From contig CAVUDP010000002.1 in the NCBI GenBank assembly GCA_963740315.1, positions 1,152,001 to 1,216,000 on the forward strand: a stretch of 64,000 nt of DNA, read 5' to 3'. The translations under genes were made by a program, and so were the position numbers. This document shows, in pieces, positions 61,680 to 64,000 of this stretch. The notes beneath the pieces are model-generated. The model saw nothing but the letters and a program-made list of their open reading frames with translations. It was not told where the DNA came from and did no database searches. The DNA is from an uncultured cyanobacterium (lineage in GTDB: Bacteria; Cyanobacteriota; Cyanobacteriia; Cyanobacteriales; Nostocaceae). Numbering within the stretch: the stretch's first letter is position 1; each line of letters opens with the position of its first letter.

Positions 61680-62600
61680 ATGTACCAAACAGACCCACCG
61701 ATTCCTCCAAAAGAAAGTCTTCCGACGATGTACGATCTACCTAGTGAAGATCCACTTGATCCTGGTTTGCCGGACGAATTTCACATTTATCAACCGCAAT
61801 TGTTAGAGGAAAGTTTTCGTCCACCAACTTACAGCGCTGAGGAAATTTTTGTCGCCAGCGATTTGAATATTTACTATAATTCTCGCAATCCTCTATGGCA
61901 CAAGCGTCCCGATTGGTTTGCAGTAGTCGGTACTTCTAGATTTTACGAACAAAGAGATTTACGTTTAAGTTACGTAATTTGGCAAGAGGGGATAAGTCCT
62001 TTTGTTGCAGTAGAGTTACTTTCCCCCGGAACCGAGAAAGAAGATTTGGTTGACATACCTCCTCGTCCTGAAGTCCGAGGATCCCTTAACGCTTCATTGG
62101 GTTGTGCTACCGAAGTAGTCTTACCATCCCTCGACGTTCGTTTAAAGTCTCCTAATGCCCTATGGCGACTATTTAAATTCTACCACAACAGTCAAAAAAG
62201 CCGTCCTATAAGGACGGGGCTTGAATCCCATTTTTTTGGTCAAAGCCTGCGTATAGTAGAGGCAGACAAACCACCAACTAAATGGCAGGTTTACGAACAA
62301 ATCCTCAGAGTTCCTTATTACATCGTATTTGACCGCTATACGGATAATTTACGAGCCTTTGTTCTTCAAGCTGATTCTTACAAAGAACTTAATTTAGAAC
62401 AACCGCGCATTTGGATGCCAAGATTAGAAATCGGTTTGGGACTCTGGCAAGGTAATTACAAAGGTATCGAACGCTTGTGGTTGCGCTGGTATGACAATAA
62501 CGGTAATTGGCTGCCAACTCCAGCAGAGCAAGAACGTCAACGTGCAGAACGTTTCGCAGCCAAACTACGAGAATTGGGCGTTAACCCTGACGAATTATAA
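61680..62600 (+). CDS. Uma2 family endonuclease carrying an in-frame 63-codon insertion
   Basis: LPTMYDLPSE, RPDWF, VELLSPGT, KWQVYEQILRVPYY; insertion sits between EDL and GQS. Confidence 0.9.
   Translation: MYQTDPPIPPKESLPTMYDLPSEDPLDPGLPDEFHIYQPQLLEESFRPPTYSAEEIFVASDLNIYYNSRNPLWHKRPDWFAVVGTSRFYEQRDLRLSYVIWQEGISPFVAVELLSPGTEKEDLVDIPPRPEVRGSLNASLGCATEVVLPSLDVRLKSPNALWRLFKFYHNSQKSRPIRTGLESHFFGQSLRIVEADKPPTKWQVYEQILRVPYYIVFDRYTDNLRAFVLQADSYKELNLEQPRIWMPRLEIGLGLWQGNYKGIERLWLRWYDNNGNWLPTPAEQERQRAERFAAKLRELGVNPDEL
62030..62170 (-). ncRNA. Putative TnpB omega-RNA (reRNA) scaffold plus flanking guide
   Basis: Resembles tnpB 3'/right-end sequence; extended -10 TGGTAGAAT at 62185-62177; ends in TCAA; inferred, not searched. 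Confidence 0.55.
62050..62238 (-). mobile_element. Non-autonomous IS200/IS605-family element (MITE/PATE-like)
   Basis: Minus strand: TTGAC|CAAAAAAATGGG..hairpin GCCCCGTCCTTATAGGACGGCT ... hairpin TCCTCG..CGAGGA, GGTATGTCAA|; removal restores GAT TTG GGT CAA with no target duplication. Confidence 0.88.
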
Positions 62601-62866
62601 ATTACTCCCAATAAGCTTTAAGTCTACCGACATAATTATTTTTCTTCCTACTTCCTACTCCCTACCCCCTACTCCCAAAATCTTCAGAAAAAATTTATCA
62701 ATAAATAAAAAATTTGACAAAAGTATATTAGTCTGGCTATTGACTCTAACAACGCAATATATATTAGCTAAGATGATACACAGCCCCTTAAAGTTTGTAG
62801 TATCTTCTGATAATAAGAACTGCAATAACTAATTTAAAATAACGCCCCTCCACCAAAAGGTAACTC

Positions 62867-64000
62867 ATGCAAACTAGTACTCTGATCTATTCTAAAGAAC
62901 TTCCCAATCTACAATACTCTTCTACAAAAGAGCAGTTTGATGAAACTTGGGCAGCACCATTATCTACTCTCTTAGGTTTGGGACGTGCTGCGGGTGCTGA
63001 TTTTCTCGAATTCTTTTTAGAGCGCGTAAATTATATTAGCTGCTTGGCAGAAGAGGACACTATTACCAGTATTACCCCTCGTCTTTCTACGGGTGCTGGA
63101 GTAAGAGTATTTCGCGGTAAGGCTGATTGCTACGTTAGCACAAATGATATTTCGTTCAATGGTTTAAAATCAGCTTTAGAAAAAGCTTTGGCGATCGTCG
63201 GTTTACAATTACCAACACCAAACGCTTTTATCGCAGAAATTAACTTGGAATTGCTCAGAGACTACGCTACTAAAAGAGGCAAGGATGCATGGCTACCTTT
63301 GTGTACTTCCATGCGCGAAATGGGAGAAGTATTGCTTGATAGTACTACTCAAGTAAAGCAGAAAGCCAACCATATCCAATCCCGCCGTGCTTCTTATTTC
63401 CGCGACTGGCAAGAAGTTTTAGTTGCCGCTAGTGATGGAACTTTTGCTCGCGATATCCGCTTAACTCAATCTGTGGCATTAAGCCTATTGTGTGCTGAAG
63501 GTGCCCATCGCAGTTCTATAGCCGAACGTGGTGGTAACACTAGCGACCCCAATTTTCTCAAAACTTGGGATTTCCAACAAGCAGCAGAGAAAATTAGCGA
63601 ATCTGCTGGAAAAATGCTTCACGCTGACTATGTAGAATCGGGTAACTATCCGATTATCATGGCGAATCACTTCGGTGGAGTAATCTTTCACGAAGCTTGC
63701 GGACATTTACTCGAAACCACTCAAATTGAACGCAATACTACTCCTTTTGCTAAGAAAAAAGGTGAAAAAATTGCCCATGAAGCTTTAACAGCTTGGGATG
63801 AAGGACGCACCGATAATGCCTTCGGCACCATTGATATGGATGATGAAGGTATGCCAGCCCAAAGAACTTTATTAATTGAAAAAGGAGTTCTCAAGAATTT
63901 CTTAGCAGATAGAACGGGTTCAACACGTACCGGACATCCCAGAACAGGTAGCGGCAGACGGCAGAATTTTACCTACGCTGCGGCTAGTCGGATGCGAAAT
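62867..64000 (+). CDS. tldD: TldD/PmbA family metalloprotease (runs off window)
   Basis: Manual translation [13 protein letters not shown]...GAGVRVFRG...[12 protein letters not shown]...DDEG. Confidence 0.93.
   Translation, partial: MQTSTLIYSKELPNLQYSSTKEQFDETWAAPLSTLLGLGRAAGADFLEFFLERVNYISCLAEEDTITSITPRLSTGAGVRVFRGKADCYVSTNDISFNGLKSALEKALAIVGLQLPTPNAFIAEINLELLRDYATKRGKDAWLPLCTSMREMGEVLLDSTTQVKQKANHIQSRRASYFRDWQEVLVAASDGTFARDIRLTQSVALSLLCAEGAHRSSIAERGGNTSDPNFLKTWDFQQAAEKISESAGKMLHADYVESGNYPIIMANHFGGVIFHEACGHLLETTQIERNTTPFAKKKGEKIAHEALTAWDEGRTDNAFGTIDMDDEGMPAQRTLLIEKGVLKNFLADRTGSTRTGHPRTGSGRRQNFTYAAASRMRN

Noticed and set aside
62050..62238. Intein or group I intron (IStron) in Uma2
   Set aside because: No Cys/Ser...His-Asn intein ends; element is antisense and short, and its ends fit IS200/IS605

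Overview
AT-rich DNA from a filamentous cyanobacterium (Nostocales-like: abundant HIP1 GCGATCGC octamers, STRR heptamer/octamer tandem repeats, small dispersed palindromic repeats). Housekeeping genes include mrp, hemF, cpcT, psb29, exbBD, mgtE, trxA, pyrB, tex, cysC and tldD. Three accessory features stand out. (1) A ~23 kb locus (26.2-49.3 kb): six tandem filamentous-haemagglutinin (TpsA-like) genes, each behind an identically spaced GTTAGTAG-N12-GGGAA motif, followed by an exported TPR-CHAT protease, an exported DUF928 protein with six Arg-containing 22-aa repeats, a CHASE2 hybrid kinase and a REC-kinase. This is a candidate extracytoplasmic protease/peptide signalling system. (2) A 189-bp non-autonomous IS200/IS605 element inserted precisely and in frame into a Uma2 nuclease gene next to a TTGAC motif; it carries its own promoter and what looks like a TnpB omega-RNA scaffold, but no protein gene. 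(3) An Rpn-family gene followed by a stand-alone copy of its own C-terminal domain, duplicated together with an internal RBS; a third, decayed copy lies on the far side of a kinase-regulator-TrkA-TrkA-TrkH operon. Four +1 frameshifts are probably sequencing errors. All calls come from reading the sequence; no database searches were run.
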